Assembly (NCBI GenBank): GCA_038040455.1
Contig: JBBPIH010000006.1
Location: 47,176 to 111,175 of the forward strand
Direction of reading: 5' to 3'
Length of the DNA: 64,000 nt
Origin: Acidobacteriota bacterium
Lineage (GTDB): Bacteria; Acidobacteriota; Blastocatellia; UBA7656
Below the pieces are notes generated by a model. It did no database searches. It saw only the letters and a list, made by a program, of their open reading frames with translations, and was not told the origin of the DNA. A program made the position numbers and the translations under genes. Positions 1 through 10,356 of the stretch are shown here, piece by piece. Position 1 is the first letter of the stretch, and every line of letters starts with the position of its first letter.

Positions 1-58
1 GTTTTGTCTGGAAGTGAGCCGCTGTTCGATTCCGGCAATGGCTTTCCCAAGGATGGAC
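1..58 (+). CDS. 3' end of an unknown CDS running in from upstream of the window (...LSGSEPLFDSGNGFPKDGLH*)
   Basis: Open frame from position 1 to TAA at 56-58. The C-terminal peptide is conserved with a second copy ending at 6818 (PMFDSEKGFPNGGL*). Confidence 0.2.
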
Positions 59-483
59 TTCATTAAACATCAACCCGGAGAGTCCTCGGTGTCACTTCGT
101 GCTATGAAAGAGCAGCGTCAGACAGTTCCGCATCCAGCGTTCTCGCGAGGCGTTATGCGTCCCGGATCACCCGGCGGGTCGGCGAAGGCTTCAGAGTAAG
201 AGCGTCGTCTGAAAAGGTATTTTCTTTCCTGCACCGAACCCACGATGCCGCGCCGCCGGCAGAAGCGTCTTTGTCAGCTTACCAATAGAAACGTCTAAAG
301 AGGGATTGGTTAGTAAGCCTTGCTGTCTAAAAATCGCTTATAGCCCATTGGTTAGCGAAGCTAATAGGTCAGCTTCGATAATCTGCTGCGCGAGTTTTGT
401 GCCGGGGAGAGATGATCCCGGCCTCCCTGTAACTTTGCAACCTGCGGATACGACCATAAGTCCTAATGGCGTCGCTAGCCTCT

Positions 484-963
484 TTAGGGATCTCCCCAAG
501 AAAAGCGCTTCAGAGTGTGTCCGCACCAACAGGTTGTTCCAAGGTAATCGTGTGCGCCATGATCCTTGCCGCACCAGCATTTCACGCCCCCTCGGTAGTC
601 TGCGGCGGAGTGGTCTTGGCCACCAACGTGTCTCCGGTCTGCGGGCGGTGGAATAGCGAACCGAGTGGATTCTAGCCGTAGCCCTGCTATTTCACTGGCC
701 AATCTCGCCTCGATTTCCATGTTCAGTTTTTGGGCCTCGACGTTGTATTTCGTTACTTGTTCAGGAGTCGGGTCGTCTGGTAACCCGTCTTCGTGATCGC
801 GGTCGATCGTGACTGTGCGCCAGAGTGTCCTCCCGTTCGCACACTTGACCCATATCCGCCAAGTGCGGATATCCAGCCACCGGTGGGGATAGTCCTTGTC
901 GATCTCTACCGGGGGAACATATTCGTACCCAGAATCTGCGCCAGTCTCAGAGTTTTTCAGCAT
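484..963 (-). CDS. hypothetical protein; only the N-terminal ~100 codons look plausible
   Basis: ORF track only. The 3' half overlaps high-GC antisense frames and there is no recognisable motif. Confidence 0.2.
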   Translation of the reverse strand: MLKNSETGADSGYEYVPPVEIDKDYPHRWLDIRTWRIWVKCANGRTLWRTVTIDRDHEDGLPDDPTPEQVTKYNVEAQKLNMEIEARLASEIAGLRLESTRFAIPPPADRRHVGGQDHSAADYRGGVKCWCGKDHGAHDYLGTTCWCGHTLKRFSWGDP

Positions 964-1097
964 CTAAGGCTCCTTCGCGGGCTTGCTCGCCCGCCGTTCT
1001 TGATCCTGCCGCCTAACGCTCGCCGCTTTTTTATGTCCGTGTTGATGGCGTTGTTAGGGGCCATTTGCAAGATGACGTCCTCCTATAAGAAGCTGGC

Positions 1098-1760
1098 TCA
1101 ACGATTTTGAGAGCCACAAAAACAGTCCTCCAAGTGACTCTCATCAGCCTCGAATGCGGGAGTGCTTGATGTGGCGGCGAACTCTAGCGCCTTTGCGGGT
1201 GGGGGCGTTGACCCGACCGCAGCATAGATAATGCGAGGCAGATTTGAACGGTGTGTCATTCTGTTTCGTCGATCAACCCACAAACTCCATTCGTTGGAAT
1301 TGGTGACGGCGGTCAAAGCCGACACAAGAGCTTGTGCACGGGAATGTGAACCAAGCGCGTTTCGAAGTTGCGATGGATTGCAATGACGTTGCTCGGGCTT
1401 ACCAAAGACTAGGCCAAGAACAGACGGATGGCTTGCGAGAGCATATGACGCATAACATACGCTTTCTACGCATGAAAAGCCGCTAGAAAACATTCCGAAA
1501 AGTGCGCGCTCACGTAAATAGATTTCCTCGAAGGACACATTGGCGCCATACTTTTGCCAAGACGCAATATAGGTTCTCATGTCTTCGAAACTGGATCTGA
1601 AGCGCCACCCTATTAAATTCGACGCGCCAGCAAGCTCTTTCCAAGCCTCAGTTTTGTTCGGTAATAGAACTGCGCGAGCCGCCGCCATGAAATCCGAGTA
1701 ATCATGGGTTGGAAAAGCATCCGGTAAATCAAGCTTCAATAGATCGTTGAAAGCCATCAA
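1098..1760 (-). CDS. hypothetical protein (220 aa)
   Basis: Clean 663-bp ORF in a lower-GC stretch with no competing frame. No recognisable domain. Confidence 0.5.
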   Translation of the reverse strand: MMAFNDLLKLDLPDAFPTHDYSDFMAAARAVLLPNKTEAWKELAGASNLIGWRFRSSFEDMRTYIASWQKYGANVSFEEIYLRERALFGMFSSGFSCVESVCYASYALASHPSVLGLVFGKPEQRHCNPSQLRNALGSHSRAQALVSALTAVTNSNEWSLWVDRRNRMTHRSNLPRIIYAAVGSTPPPAKALEFAATSSTPAFEADESHLEDCFCGSQNR

Positions 1761-2172
1761 CTTGGCCCCTAACTACGTATATCTGGTTTCGGAATAAAAT
1801 TCCAACTCAAGTTGCCTTCCGAATATACCCCGGACCCAGTTTCTTCATCTTTATCACCTTTCCCGGTTCCTAGAATTCATGGAGGTCGAATAATACTGCT
1901 GTTGGTACGTTCATTCAAAACGACCCCTACCAGGTTGTTTAATAGCGACTCAGTCAGAACTGAACTCTCTTAGCAAAACCTTTCCCACGCTGTCTGAGAG
2001 AACGTGGCCTTCAACGCGGTTCCGAATGGAAACAGCCGTCTTCGGGGGTTCACGCGATGGGCTCCGGTGCGGTCCATAGGTGCGCGGATTCACATGTCCG
2101 GCCCTCAAGGCGCTGGCGTCGGCCGAAGCGCGGCTTTTGCCAGTTCGTCAAGCACTTCTTTCAGCGATCTCT

Positions 2173-2727
2173 TCACAACAGAATCGTCGCTCGTGTTGAT
2201 CTGGAGGCGACCCCGATCCGTTCTTTCGGATACCACCGCACCTGCGTGAAGTATCCGGGGAAGTAACCGCCATGGCCGTACGCTTCGCCGAGCGGCGTCG
2301 GCTCGACCTCCACGCCGAGCCCGGAGCGCGAGCCTTTGCCGAGATCCGGCGCGTCAACGGTCGTGAGGATATCGGGCAGCAGTTTCCGACTGAACGCCCG
2401 CCCTTCGCAGAAGTCGGCCATCCAGCGGGCGAGGTCCCTTGGGTTGGTGACAAAACCTCCGCCGCCCCACTCAAACCGGGGATCGAACGTGAGCGCCCCG
2501 TCGACGAGGATCTTGTCACCGCCGAACGGATTCTTCGCCCCCGCGTAGCCGGGGATGAGTCCTCGAATCCTGGGTCGGTCCGCCGCAACGATTCGCGTCA
2601 GACGGAGCGGCTTCAGGATGCGGCGTCGAATCTCGTCGTAGGCTCGCCTCCCGGTGACCTGCTCGGCGACGAAGGCGAGCACCTGGTAATCGATCGCAAC
2701 CGCGTCTCCTAATTTTTTAGTTGACAC
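2173..2727 (-). pseudogene. beta-lactamase-family serine hydrolase, C-terminal fragment only; the SxxK N-terminal half is absent
   Basis: Translation begins at the YSN-box region (IDYQVLAFVAEQVTGRRAYDEIRRRILKPLRLTRI, matching the YSNxGYxLLGxIIExVSGxSYxE...PLGM pattern) and continues to a GHGGYFPGY-type C-terminus. The ~150 N-terminal residues with the catalytic Ser-x-x-Lys would lie where blaI starts at 2774. Confidence 0.55.
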
Positions 2728-2773
2728 GCGGAAGGGCTTGAGCGTATACTCCTAAAACATTAGGAGGACACGC

Positions 2774-3163
2774 ATGCCGCGCAAAAAGACAAAGCCGTTA
2801 ACGCCGCTGGAGTTGGAAATCATGAACGTGCTTTGGGAGACCGGCCCAGCCAGCGTGCTGACTGTACAGCAGCAGTTGCCCGGCACGAGGGCTTATACCA
2901 CGGTGCAGACGATGCTCAATGTGCTTCATCGCAAGGGCAAGGTCACCCGCGCGCTCGAGGACAGAGCATACCTCTACCGCCCCGCCTTGAGCCGCAGCCA
3001 GGCGATGGGACACGCACTTGGCGATCTGATCGACCGCATGTTCGGAGGTTCAGCCGAAAGCCTGGTGATGAGTCTCGTGGAAACGAAACGATTGACGCCT
3101 GCAAAACTCTCGCGGGTTCAAAAGCTTCTCAAAAAGGAGTCGCCTGATGAGCAGGATCAGTGA
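2774..3163 (+). CDS. blaI: BlaI/MecI/CopY-family transcriptional repressor (Penicillinase_R winged helix)
   Basis: 129 aa. LTPLELEIMNVLWETGPASVLTVQQQL...YTTVQTMLNVLHRKGKVTRALEDRAYLYRP is the canonical BlaI fold. It overlaps the downstream M56 gene by 17 nt, consistent with translational coupling. Confidence 0.9.
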   Translation: MPRKKTKPLTPLELEIMNVLWETGPASVLTVQQQLPGTRAYTTVQTMLNVLHRKGKVTRALEDRAYLYRPALSRSQAMGHALGDLIDRMFGGSAESLVMSLVETKRLTPAKLSRVQKLLKKESPDEQDQ

Positions 3164-5273
3164 GTTTGCAATGCAATTCCTGGTTAACGCCACCTGGCAG
3201 ATAGCGGCCGTCGCGATCGCTGCGTCGATATGCGCGCGCCTTTTGCGAAACGCGGCAGCGCGTTACCGCCACGCGCTGTGGGTCGCCTCTCTCGTGTTGA
3301 GTCTTGCGCTTCCGCTTTGGGGCCTCTTCGATTTTCAAAGAAGCGCGCCGCTCCATATTGGAGAGCAGCAGGCCGGCGCTGTTCAAACCCGAGAGACTCT
3401 AACTTCCACGGACCGAGCGCCTGCCCCGGTGGTCACCGGCCGCGCGGAAGCAAGCAGTATCCGGCTCGACGACTTACTCCAAACCCGGCGTCGTTCTGTG
3501 GTGACCTCATCAACTTTGGCGCTGGTGCTCGCGGTAGCTTATGCGCTCTTCTTGCTCTACCGCCTGATCATATTGTGGCGCGCGTGGTCGCAAGCGCAAA
3601 GCTTTCGGCGGTCGGCTCACGAGCTCGAACTGCCTGCCCTGATGGCTTCAGTCGCCGCGCGGTGTCAGGAAGCGGTTGGCCTGAAACGCGTCCCGCTTAT
3701 GTTCTCGGCGAAGGCGACGACTCCGGCCACGGTCGGAGCCTGGAAGCCTGTGATCATCCTGCCGACGAGCTTCTACGAGGAAACCTCGGAGGAGACGCTA
3801 GCTACCATGCTCGGTCACGAGATGGTGCACATCGCGCGTCGGGACTTTGCGCTCAACCTCGTCTACGAATTCTTGTGCCTGCCGATCTCGTTTCATCCGC
3901 TCGCAAACTTTGTAAAACGACATATGGATAGGACAAGAGAACTGGCCTGCGACGATATCGTGACTGAGCGACTGCTTGAGCCCGAAGCTTACGCGCGCTC
4001 TCTGGTGCGAGTCGCAGGCGCGCTAGTATTGCCTGCCCGTCGCGCTCTAACGTTGGGCGTGTTCGACGCGGACATCTTGGAGGAACGAATCATGAAGCTC
4101 ACACGAAACACTCGGCGCCTCGGAGCGCGCGCCGCCCGGCTGCTCGCGCTCTGCGCTTTCTCATTGCTATGCCTGACCTGCATCGCTATCTCAACCTTCT
4201 CGTTTGATCTGCGAACGGACGGCGCGTCCGAGCACGCGACCGTAGTCGCGATCGTTCAATCGGTGAACGAAACCCGCGCCGAAGGTCAGTCGCGCAATCA
4301 ATCTGACGGCCCCGCACAAGACCCAACCAGGACGACGGTGACGCGCGCGGAGCTAGCGCAGAGATTGAATTCAGCCAACGCACAGGTTCGCGCAGAGGCG
4401 GCGTGTTCTGCCGGGAAGAGTCGCGCGGTGGAAGCCATCCCCATGCTAGTCGCGATGCTTGGCGACGACACCCCGATCCAGCCTTTCAGATGTTGGGAGG
4501 ATGGCCAGTGGACCCCGGCGCTTGAAAGTTTCAAGCAGCCTTCACCCGGCGAACAGGCGGCAATAGCTCTGGCGTCGATGGGAAAGGCGTCGCTCGAACC
4601 TCTAACAAACGCGCTCAATGATTCAAACTCCAGCGTCCGACGCAACGCGGCGTGGGCAATCGGCGAGTTGACGAATATGCGTGAGGGTGAACGCGCGAAC
4701 GCAGTTCCGCCGCTAGTCGCGCTGCTTCACGATTCGGACGAATGGGTGAGAATGACTGCGGCTCGCGCCCTGGGTGAGATAAGAGACGAACGCGCAACCG
4801 ACGGCCTGATCGCGCAACTGTCGGATCGTCAGTGGCAGGTTAGAAAGCTCGCTGCCTGGGCGCTCGGCGAGATGAAGGAGACGCGCGCGGTTGAAACACT
4901 TTGCAATCTGCTACAGTCTGATGCGCAGTTCGAAGTGCGTACAACTACGGCGTGGGCGCTCGCCGAAATGAAGGATAAACGCGCGGTCGAGACTCTATGC
5001 AATGCCCTGTTGTCCGACGGGCAGGCTGAAGTTCGCTCAAACGCGGCGTGGGCGCTCGGTGAAACAAAGGACAAGCGCGCGATCGAGGCTCTATGCAACG
5101 CCTTGTCGTCCGACGCGCAGGCCGAAGTTCGCTCAACCGCGGCGTGGGCGCTCGGCGAGATTCAAAGCCCCAAAGCCGTCTCCTTTCTGAAGCAGGCCCT
5201 CTCGGATCCAGGAAAAGGCGTGCGCGAAAAAGCTGCGTGGGCTCTCTCGGAGATTGAAGATTCGGACAGATAA
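3147..5273 (+). CDS. BlaR1-like M56 signal-transducing metalloprotease with C-terminal PBS-lyase/HEAT repeats in place of a penicillin-binding sensor
   Basis: N-terminal TM helices and an HEXXH zinc motif (LGHEMVHIARRD). The C-terminal ~300 aa are seven or more ~31-aa repeats (VRxxAAWALGEx...KRAxExLCNxLxSDxQAEVR). The DNA repeats at 4790-5200 are near-identical. Confidence 0.9.
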   Translation: MSRISEFAMQFLVNATWQIAAVAIAASICARLLRNAAARYRHALWVASLVLSLALPLWGLFDFQRSAPLHIGEQQAGAVQTRETLTSTDRAPAPVVTGRAEASSIRLDDLLQTRRRSVVTSSTLALVLAVAYALFLLYRLIILWRAWSQAQSFRRSAHELELPALMASVAARCQEAVGLKRVPLMFSAKATTPATVGAWKPVIILPTSFYEETSEETLATMLGHEMVHIARRDFALNLVYEFLCLPISFHPLANFVKRHMDRTRELACDDIVTERLLEPEAYARSLVRVAGALVLPARRALTLGVFDADILEERIMKLTRNTRRLGARAARLLALCAFSLLCLTCIAISTFSFDLRTDGASEHATVVAIVQSVNETRAEGQSRNQSDGPAQDPTRTTVTRAELAQRLNSANAQVRAEAACSAGKSRAVEAIPMLVAMLGDDTPIQPFRCWEDGQWTPALESFKQPSPGEQAAIALASMGKASLEPLTNALNDSNSSVRRNAAWAIGELTNMREGERANAVPPLVALLHDSDEWVRMTAARALGEIRDERATDGLIAQLSDRQWQVRKLAAWALGEMKETRAVETLCNLLQSDAQFEVRTTTAWALAEMKDKRAVETLCNALLSDGQAEVRSNAAWALGETKDKRAIEALCNALSSDAQAEVRSTAAWALGEIQSPKAVSFLKQALSDPGKGVREKAAWALSEIEDSDR

Positions 5274-5394
5274 GAAGGTCCGCGGCTCGCTTGAAGTTCG
5301 ATAAGAGACGAGCAAACAGCGGCCCCACGCTCTTCCCTGCCCGATGATCTTGCCGGAAGACTTGCGGCCGCATAGCAGAATGTCCAGTCAGAAG

Positions 5395-5430
5395 TGACTG
5401 GACATTCTTTATGGGGAGTTCACATTCCAG
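5395..5430 (+). terminator. hairpin downstream of blaR1: 14-bp perfect stem agaatgtccagtca / tgactggacattct with a gaag loop, followed by a T-rich tract
   Basis: Inverted repeat read directly. It lies ~120 bp after the blaR1 stop. The T-run is weak (tcttta). Confidence 0.35.
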
Positions 5431-5603
5431 CGAGTAACCGCGATGAAACCTTTCTGCTTGAGCAGCATTCGCAGACCAACGCAAGTCTTGAATCATCTCA
5501 TCCTCCAAATCGCGGTTGTCGCCGCAGCCGCGCTTTGCGGAAACCGTCCACTACGCCGATCCCAAGACAGGACTTCCAGGTTCGAGCAGCCATCAGACCT
5601 CTA

Positions 5604-6530
5604 CTACCTGCCATGCTTGCCGCCGGGCGACGTAATGGTGACGGGTCCGTTGACGGTCGAGAGTCGGATCACCGGCGTTGCGTCGCCAAACTGTATGACG
5701 GTTGGACCGTCCCAGGTCCGCACGGCCTGCTGGCACTGAATGGCTCTGCACTCGACGGGAGAATGCTTCGAAGCATCGATACGTACCGATGACTGATAGT
5801 TCTCCGGCACTGTCAGCGTGAGTGGGCCGTTCTGTGTACTTCCCTCGAGTTCTCCCCCGGACCACTGGTTGCCCGCCAACACTATCGTAAGCGGACCATT
5901 TTGGGCGCTCAGTCGAAAATCTCCGCCGCTCCCAGTTACGGTAATTGGACCGTTCTGGACCTCAGCTCGAACCTGCCCGCTTACGTCGTCAAATGTGATC
6001 GGTCCGTTTCCGTTCCTCGCCTGAATGTTGCCGGAGAAGCCGCTCACGCCAATCGGACCATTGATCGACTCCAAGTCCAAGGCCGCTCCATTGGGCGCTT
6101 GAATGATCAGGTAAGCTATCCAATCTTTCGAACTGGTGCCTTCGACCGTTACTCTGCCATCCCGGACTGACAGTTTGATCTGGTCGAGGAGCACTTTTGC
6201 CTCTTCCGCGGTATCGCCCGCGGCCGCCAGACACGCCGTGATCGAGTACTCATCGCGATTCCACCCGTGAACATGAATACCTCCACGTTTGGCGGACCGG
6301 ACCTGAAGCGTTGAAACTCCCGACCTGGGAAGGGTCTGAACTAGTTGGGATCGGGCTGCTTCGCCGTCCCCGATTCGCATTCTGATTTGCCCGCAATCGG
6401 TGATCTCCTTTTCGGGGCCGGTGGAGATGCTGGTGCTGACGCTGCGCTTTCTGTCTTGCGCACCGGCGGGTTCGAAGATCATAAAGGAACCAAGTACAAG
6501 AACCGTCAAGAAAACAATCGTCTTTCTCAT
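5604..6530 (-). CDS. secreted DUF4097-like putative adhesin (beta-helical repeat protein)
   Basis: Signal peptide MRKTIVFLTVLVLGSFMIFEPAGAQ. Repeated NGPITV / QNGPLT / VNGPVTITSPGG strands are typical of the DUF4097 family. Confidence 0.6.
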   Translation of the reverse strand: MRKTIVFLTVLVLGSFMIFEPAGAQDRKRSVSTSISTGPEKEITDCGQIRMRIGDGEAARSQLVQTLPRSGVSTLQVRSAKRGGIHVHGWNRDEYSITACLAAAGDTAEEAKVLLDQIKLSVRDGRVTVEGTSSKDWIAYLIIQAPNGAALDLESINGPIGVSGFSGNIQARNGNGPITFDDVSGQVRAEVQNGPITVTGSGGDFRLSAQNGPLTIVLAGNQWSGGELEGSTQNGPLTLTVPENYQSSVRIDASKHSPVECRAIQCQQAVRTWDGPTVIQFGDATPVIRLSTVNGPVTITSPGGKHGR

Positions 6531-7517
6531 CGTCTATCCTCCCGTCACTTAGTAGCAAGTTTTCCGTTTCGCCGTGAATGTAGACGCTCGACGCCGCATA
6601 AGTGTTAGCCGTCTAAGAACTGAGAGTCCCGAGTCTCAGAATTTCGAAGATTCATACAAGTCAACAGCTAGACAACTGGGCTCACCTACCAATCTTGGTG
6701 CCAGCGTCTTTGGGTCGGCTAAACGCTGTGAGCACGAGGGGAAACGCGCTGCTGGGATATGCGCGGGGCGAACCCGATGTTCGATTCCGAGAAGGGATTT
6801 CCCAATGGCGGACTTTAGCAGTCAGTCACAGCGAATCCGAATGGACGGCGTGAGCCCACTCCCGTCAAGGAAGTTGCGGGAAGCTCGGGACCTGCGCTGC
6901 TACTCGAGTCTAATCCACCTCGTAGAGGTGGGATGTTTGTAGATTGTGATGCAAGCCGGCCCTCACCCCGTTCGGGGTGATATGTTTCGGCCTTAAGATG
7001 CGACGACACTCGGCGCGTATTCGTCATGAAAATCAAATATGTATTTTTCGTCGAACGCTTCGAACCTTCGAAGCAATCGCAGTTACTCTTCCCTGAATGA
7101 TCGCTTGGTATGATGTTGGTCCTGGTTCTGAATATACCGGACCACCGCATCGAGCGAGGAGCGAGAATGCGAAAAGCCGCGGAAGCCTTCCTGCCAGTGG
7201 AATCGACCCTTCACCCATCGATTATCATTTATGAAGCCGGTCGAGCTCTTCTTAACTCACGCACCAGGTCTGATAAGGCAAGACTCAGTTGCGAAGTGGG
7301 GAAAGTACTGGCGGAGGATCACCCTGGCAGGCTGTTGAAAAACTAACCTATCGCCACTAAGGCACGCGGGCACAAAGGAGCACAAAGCCGCACGACATAC
7401 TGCATTCACTGACTTGGTGCAGCTTCGTGTCTCTATGTCTTAGTGGCGAGCGCCCCTTTTTTGGGCAGCCTGCTAGGACTTAAAGAAGCGAGACAATCTG
7501 GACGCGGCCGAGCGTTC

Positions 7518-7583
7518 AGAGTACCGACTTTAGTCGGCCACTTCCGGCGTCGAAGTAGGTTTCCCGACTAAAGTCGGTACTCT
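7518..7583. repeat. perfect 20-bp inverted repeat (agagtaccgactttagtcgg ... ccgactaaagtcggtactct); each arm is itself self-complementary
   Basis: Read directly. It sits 22 bp downstream of the stop of ADOP 7605..10250. No U-run on either strand. Confidence 0.7.
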
Positions 7584-7604
7584 AAACGATTCATTGTGAG
7601 CGAC

Positions 7605-10250
7605 TCATTCGCAGCGCAACGCAACCATCGGGTCGACGCGCGACGCTCGACGTGCCGGAACAAAACAAGCAGCCAACGCCACGAGGACCAGCAGCAATGG
7701 AACTCCAGTGAAGACGACCGGATCGGTCGGACTGACCTCGAATAGCAGGCTTGCCATCGCTCGTGTTAGAACGAGAGCGCCACCAGCTCCGATTGCAATG
7801 CCGGCCGCGATGAGCAGCATACCTTCTCGTAGAACCAGACGAAGCAGAACACGCGGTTGTGCCCCGAGCGCCAGTCGGATGCCAAATTCATTCTTCCGGC
7901 TCCCGACATAGAGTGACATTGTGCCGTAGATCCCTACTGCTGCGAGGAGCAAAGCCAAAACCGAGAAGGAGGTCAGCAGCAGATTCATCAACCGCTGGCT
8001 ATTGAGCGTTCGACCGATGACATCGTCCATGGATCTGATCGAATACACCGGGATGTCGGGATCCAACCCGGACACAGCGGCCCTGACTGCACCGATGGTC
8101 GAGTTTGGAGGGCCGTCGGTTCTAATAACAAGCTTAGCCAGCACCGTCGGCGATTGTGTGAGTGGAGCATAGATGTGAGGCTGCAGCTTCTCCGCCAGGT
8201 CGCCGTGTTTTATTCCGCCAACCACCCCCACTATCGTCATCCATTGCATATCACCAGTGGTCTCGACTCTTTTTCCCAGAGCGTCGCCGTCCGGCCAATA
8301 CATTCGGGCCAGTGTTTCATCTACTATCGCTACCGGTTGCGAGTCGCTTTTGTCCGATTCCAAGAAATCTCTTCCGCGCAGCAAAGGGATTCCCATTGCC
8401 TGAAGGTTTCCTGGCGTCATCGCCAGTAGCTGAGCTTGTACTCCTTCATCACCGGTCCCCGGTTCGTGTCCCTCCACGATAAAGTTGTCAGTGTTGTCAT
8501 CGCCGACAAACGGAATACCCGTGGTGAGCCCCGCCGCGCGAACCCCCGGCAGGCTGCCCAGTCGATCGAGCAGACTCTGGTAGAACTGTAGCGATTGTTC
8601 TGGCTTTGGATATTTGCGAGCCGGAAGAGCGAGGGACATTGTCAGCAGCTTCTCCGGGTTAAATCCGAGATCAACGGACTGCAGACGTTGAAAGCTCATC
8701 AGCAGCAATCCCGCGCCGATCAGCAACACAAACGAGAGTGCGAACTGGGCAGTCACAAGCACGCTATTTGATCGGCGGCTTGAAGTGCCGCCGCGTCCTC
8801 CTTCGTGCATCGCCGCAACCATCCCCATGCGATAGGCTCGCAGCGCAGGCATCATCCCAAACAGCAGCCCGGTCAGCACGGCGAGGCCGGCCGTGAACGC
8901 CAGCACGCGTCCGTCGACCGTCACCACTTCAATTCTCGGTATTCCGGCCGTGGGCATCCTGTCGAGCATTCGCACGCCGAGCCAGGCCAGCATCACGCCG
9001 CCTGCTGCGCCGATGAACGCGAGCACCAGGCTCTCGGTCAGGAGTTGCCTGGCGACGCGAGACGGCGTCGCGCCGAGCGCGAACCGAACGGCAATTTCTC
9101 TGACCCGCGAAGTGGCCCGCGCCAACAGCAAGTTCGCGACATTGGCGCAAGCGATTAACAGCACCAGTCCTACTGCACACAGCAAGATGAGCAGAGGCTT
9201 TTGGGTAGATCCGACCATCGCTTGCTTCAGCGGCGTGACTATGGTCTTCAGGGCAGAGCCCTGATCGAGCGGTACTCTGCTTTCGCTTATGTCGGGATGC
9301 TGGCGAGCGTAGTCCCAAATCACTGAAGTAGTTTCCGCCTCTGCCTCTGACGGTGATAGACCTGCCCCAAGCCGCCCTATCGCTCTCAGGAAGTAGGGGG
9401 CGGTTCTGGTTGGATTCAGCGCGAGTGGAATCCAGATCTCGGTTTCCGGCCGAGGAAAGCTGAAGCCCGCGGGCATAACGCCGACCACCTCGATCGCGGT
9501 GCTGTTCAGGTTCAAGGACCGGCCGACTATGTTGGGATCGCCGGCAAACCGCCGCTGCCAAAAACCAAAGCTGATAACGCAGACGCCATTGTTGCCGGGC
9601 GTATCCTCGCCGGGACGAAAAGTTCGTCCGAGGACCGGTGGAAGACCGACCACCTTGAAGAAATCGGCGCTGACATTGCCGATGGAAACGCGTTCCGGGT
9701 CACTATCTCCAGTAAGATTCGCGCCGCTGGTAGAATAAGCGGCCACGGCTTCAAGCGACTGTGTGTTGTCACGCAATGCCGCGAAACTCGCCTGCGAAAG
9801 ACTCCAGGCGTCCAGTCCGAGTTGCCGTTGCGATTGCACCACCCTCACCAGGCGATCGGGCTGCTCATATGGGAGGGGGCGCAGGAGAATACCGTCAACC
9901 AGACTGAAGATCGCGGTATTCACGCCGATCCCAAGCGCGAGAGTGATCACAACGATTGCGGTGAAGCCCGGATTCTTTCGAAGCATCCGCAGCGCATAGC
10001 GCGCGTCCAGCCATACCTGCTCGATCGTTGCTCCCGATCGTACATCCCTCACTTGCTCTTTTACCTGATCGACTCCTCCAATCTCGATTCGCGCTGCTCG
10101 CCGTGCTGCTTCTGCACTCATCCCTCCGTCGACCTTCTCTTCGATGAGCATCGCAAGATGCGCGCTCATTTCTTCATCGAGCTCGCGTTCGACGTGATCT
10201 TTGTGAAACAAGTTCGATAACAGACTTCGAAGGCGATAGAACAACGACAT
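7605..10250 (-). CDS. ADOP-family permease, long form (881 aa; MacB_PCD + FtsX, duplicated 4-TM modules)
   Basis: C-terminal ...[11 protein letters not shown] signature. The N-terminal ~75-aa extension ([16 protein letters not shown]...[11 protein letters not shown]) precedes the conserved [31 protein letters not shown]1. Confidence 0.9.
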   Translation of the reverse strand: MSLFYRLRSLLSNLFHKDHVERELDEEMSAHLAMLIEEKVDGGMSAEAARRAARIEIGGVDQVKEQVRDVRSGATIEQVWLDARYALRMLRKNPGFTAIVVITLALGIGVNTAIFSLVDGILLRPLPYEQPDRLVRVVQSQRQLGLDAWSLSQASFAALRDNTQSLEAVAAYSTSGANLTGDSDPERVSIGNVSADFFKVVGLPPVLGRTFRPGEDTPGNNGVCVISFGFWQRRFAGDPNIVGRSLNLNSTAIEVVGVMPAGFSFPRPETEIWIPLALNPTRTAPYFLRAIGRLGAGLSPSEAEAETTSVIWDYARQHPDISESRVPLDQGSALKTIVTPLKQAMVGSTQKPLLILLCAVGLVLLIACANVANLLLARATSRVREIAVRFALGATPSRVARQLLTESLVLAFIGAAGGVMLAWLGVRMLDRMPTAGIPRIEVVTVDGRVLAFTAGLAVLTGLLFGMMPALRAYRMGMVAAMHEGGRGGTSSRRSNSVLVTAQFALSFVLLIGAGLLLMSFQRLQSVDLGFNPEKLLTMSLALPARKYPKPEQSLQFYQSLLDRLGSLPGVRAAGLTTGIPFVGDDNTDNFIVEGHEPGTGDEGVQAQLLAMTPGNLQAMGIPLLRGRDFLESDKSDSQPVAIVDETLARMYWPDGDALGKRVETTGDMQWMTIVGVVGGIKHGDLAEKLQPHIYAPLTQSPTVLAKLVIRTDGPPNSTIGAVRAAVSGLDPDIPVYSIRSMDDVIGRTLNSQRLMNLLLTSFSVLALLLAAVGIYGTMSLYVGSRKNEFGIRLALGAQPRVLLRLVLREGMLLIAAGIAIGAGGALVLTRAMASLLFEVSPTDPVVFTGVPLLLVLVALAACFVPARRASRVDPMVALRCE

Positions 10251-10284
10251 AATGAACTCCCATGACGAGCCTGGTTAGGTTGTT

Positions 10285-10302
10285 CAACCTGCGCGCAGGT
10301 TG
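10285..10302. repeat. perfect 18-bp palindrome caacctgcgcgcaggttg
   Basis: Read directly. Lies between the ADOP start (10250) and the PD40 gene stop (10357). Confidence 0.7.
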
Positions 10303-10356
10303 CTGGCACAAAACGTCAGCGTTGCCGGTCGCGGCTTCCATCGAGGAATTGCCTCT

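Noticed and set aside
200-700. Possible structured ncRNA (tmRNA / RNase P-like) in the ORF-poor stretch after the first partial gene
   Set aside because: No tag-peptide reading frame with a terminal ALAA-stop. No tRNA-like 3' end (GGTTCGATTCC...CCA). No RNase P P4 or conserved A-rich loops by reading. Only weak local hairpins.
6776-6800. GTTCGATTCCG motif as the T-arm of a tRNA gene
   Set aside because: Flanking sequence cannot form acceptor, D or anticodon stems. The motif is instead in frame within a conserved peptide-coding fragment that is also seen at 20-45.
6574-6942. 122-aa ORF on the plus strand in the low-GC gap
   Set aside because: Low-complexity translation with no start context. 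It merely spans the conserved 3'-fragment region. More likely non-coding or decayed DNA.
7110-7460. 78-aa plus-strand ORF followed by a weak hairpin + T6 (7441-7466) as a small gene with a terminator
   Set aside because: No RBS and no recognisable fold. The stem is only 4 bp next to the T-run. Kept as unresolved rather than annotated.
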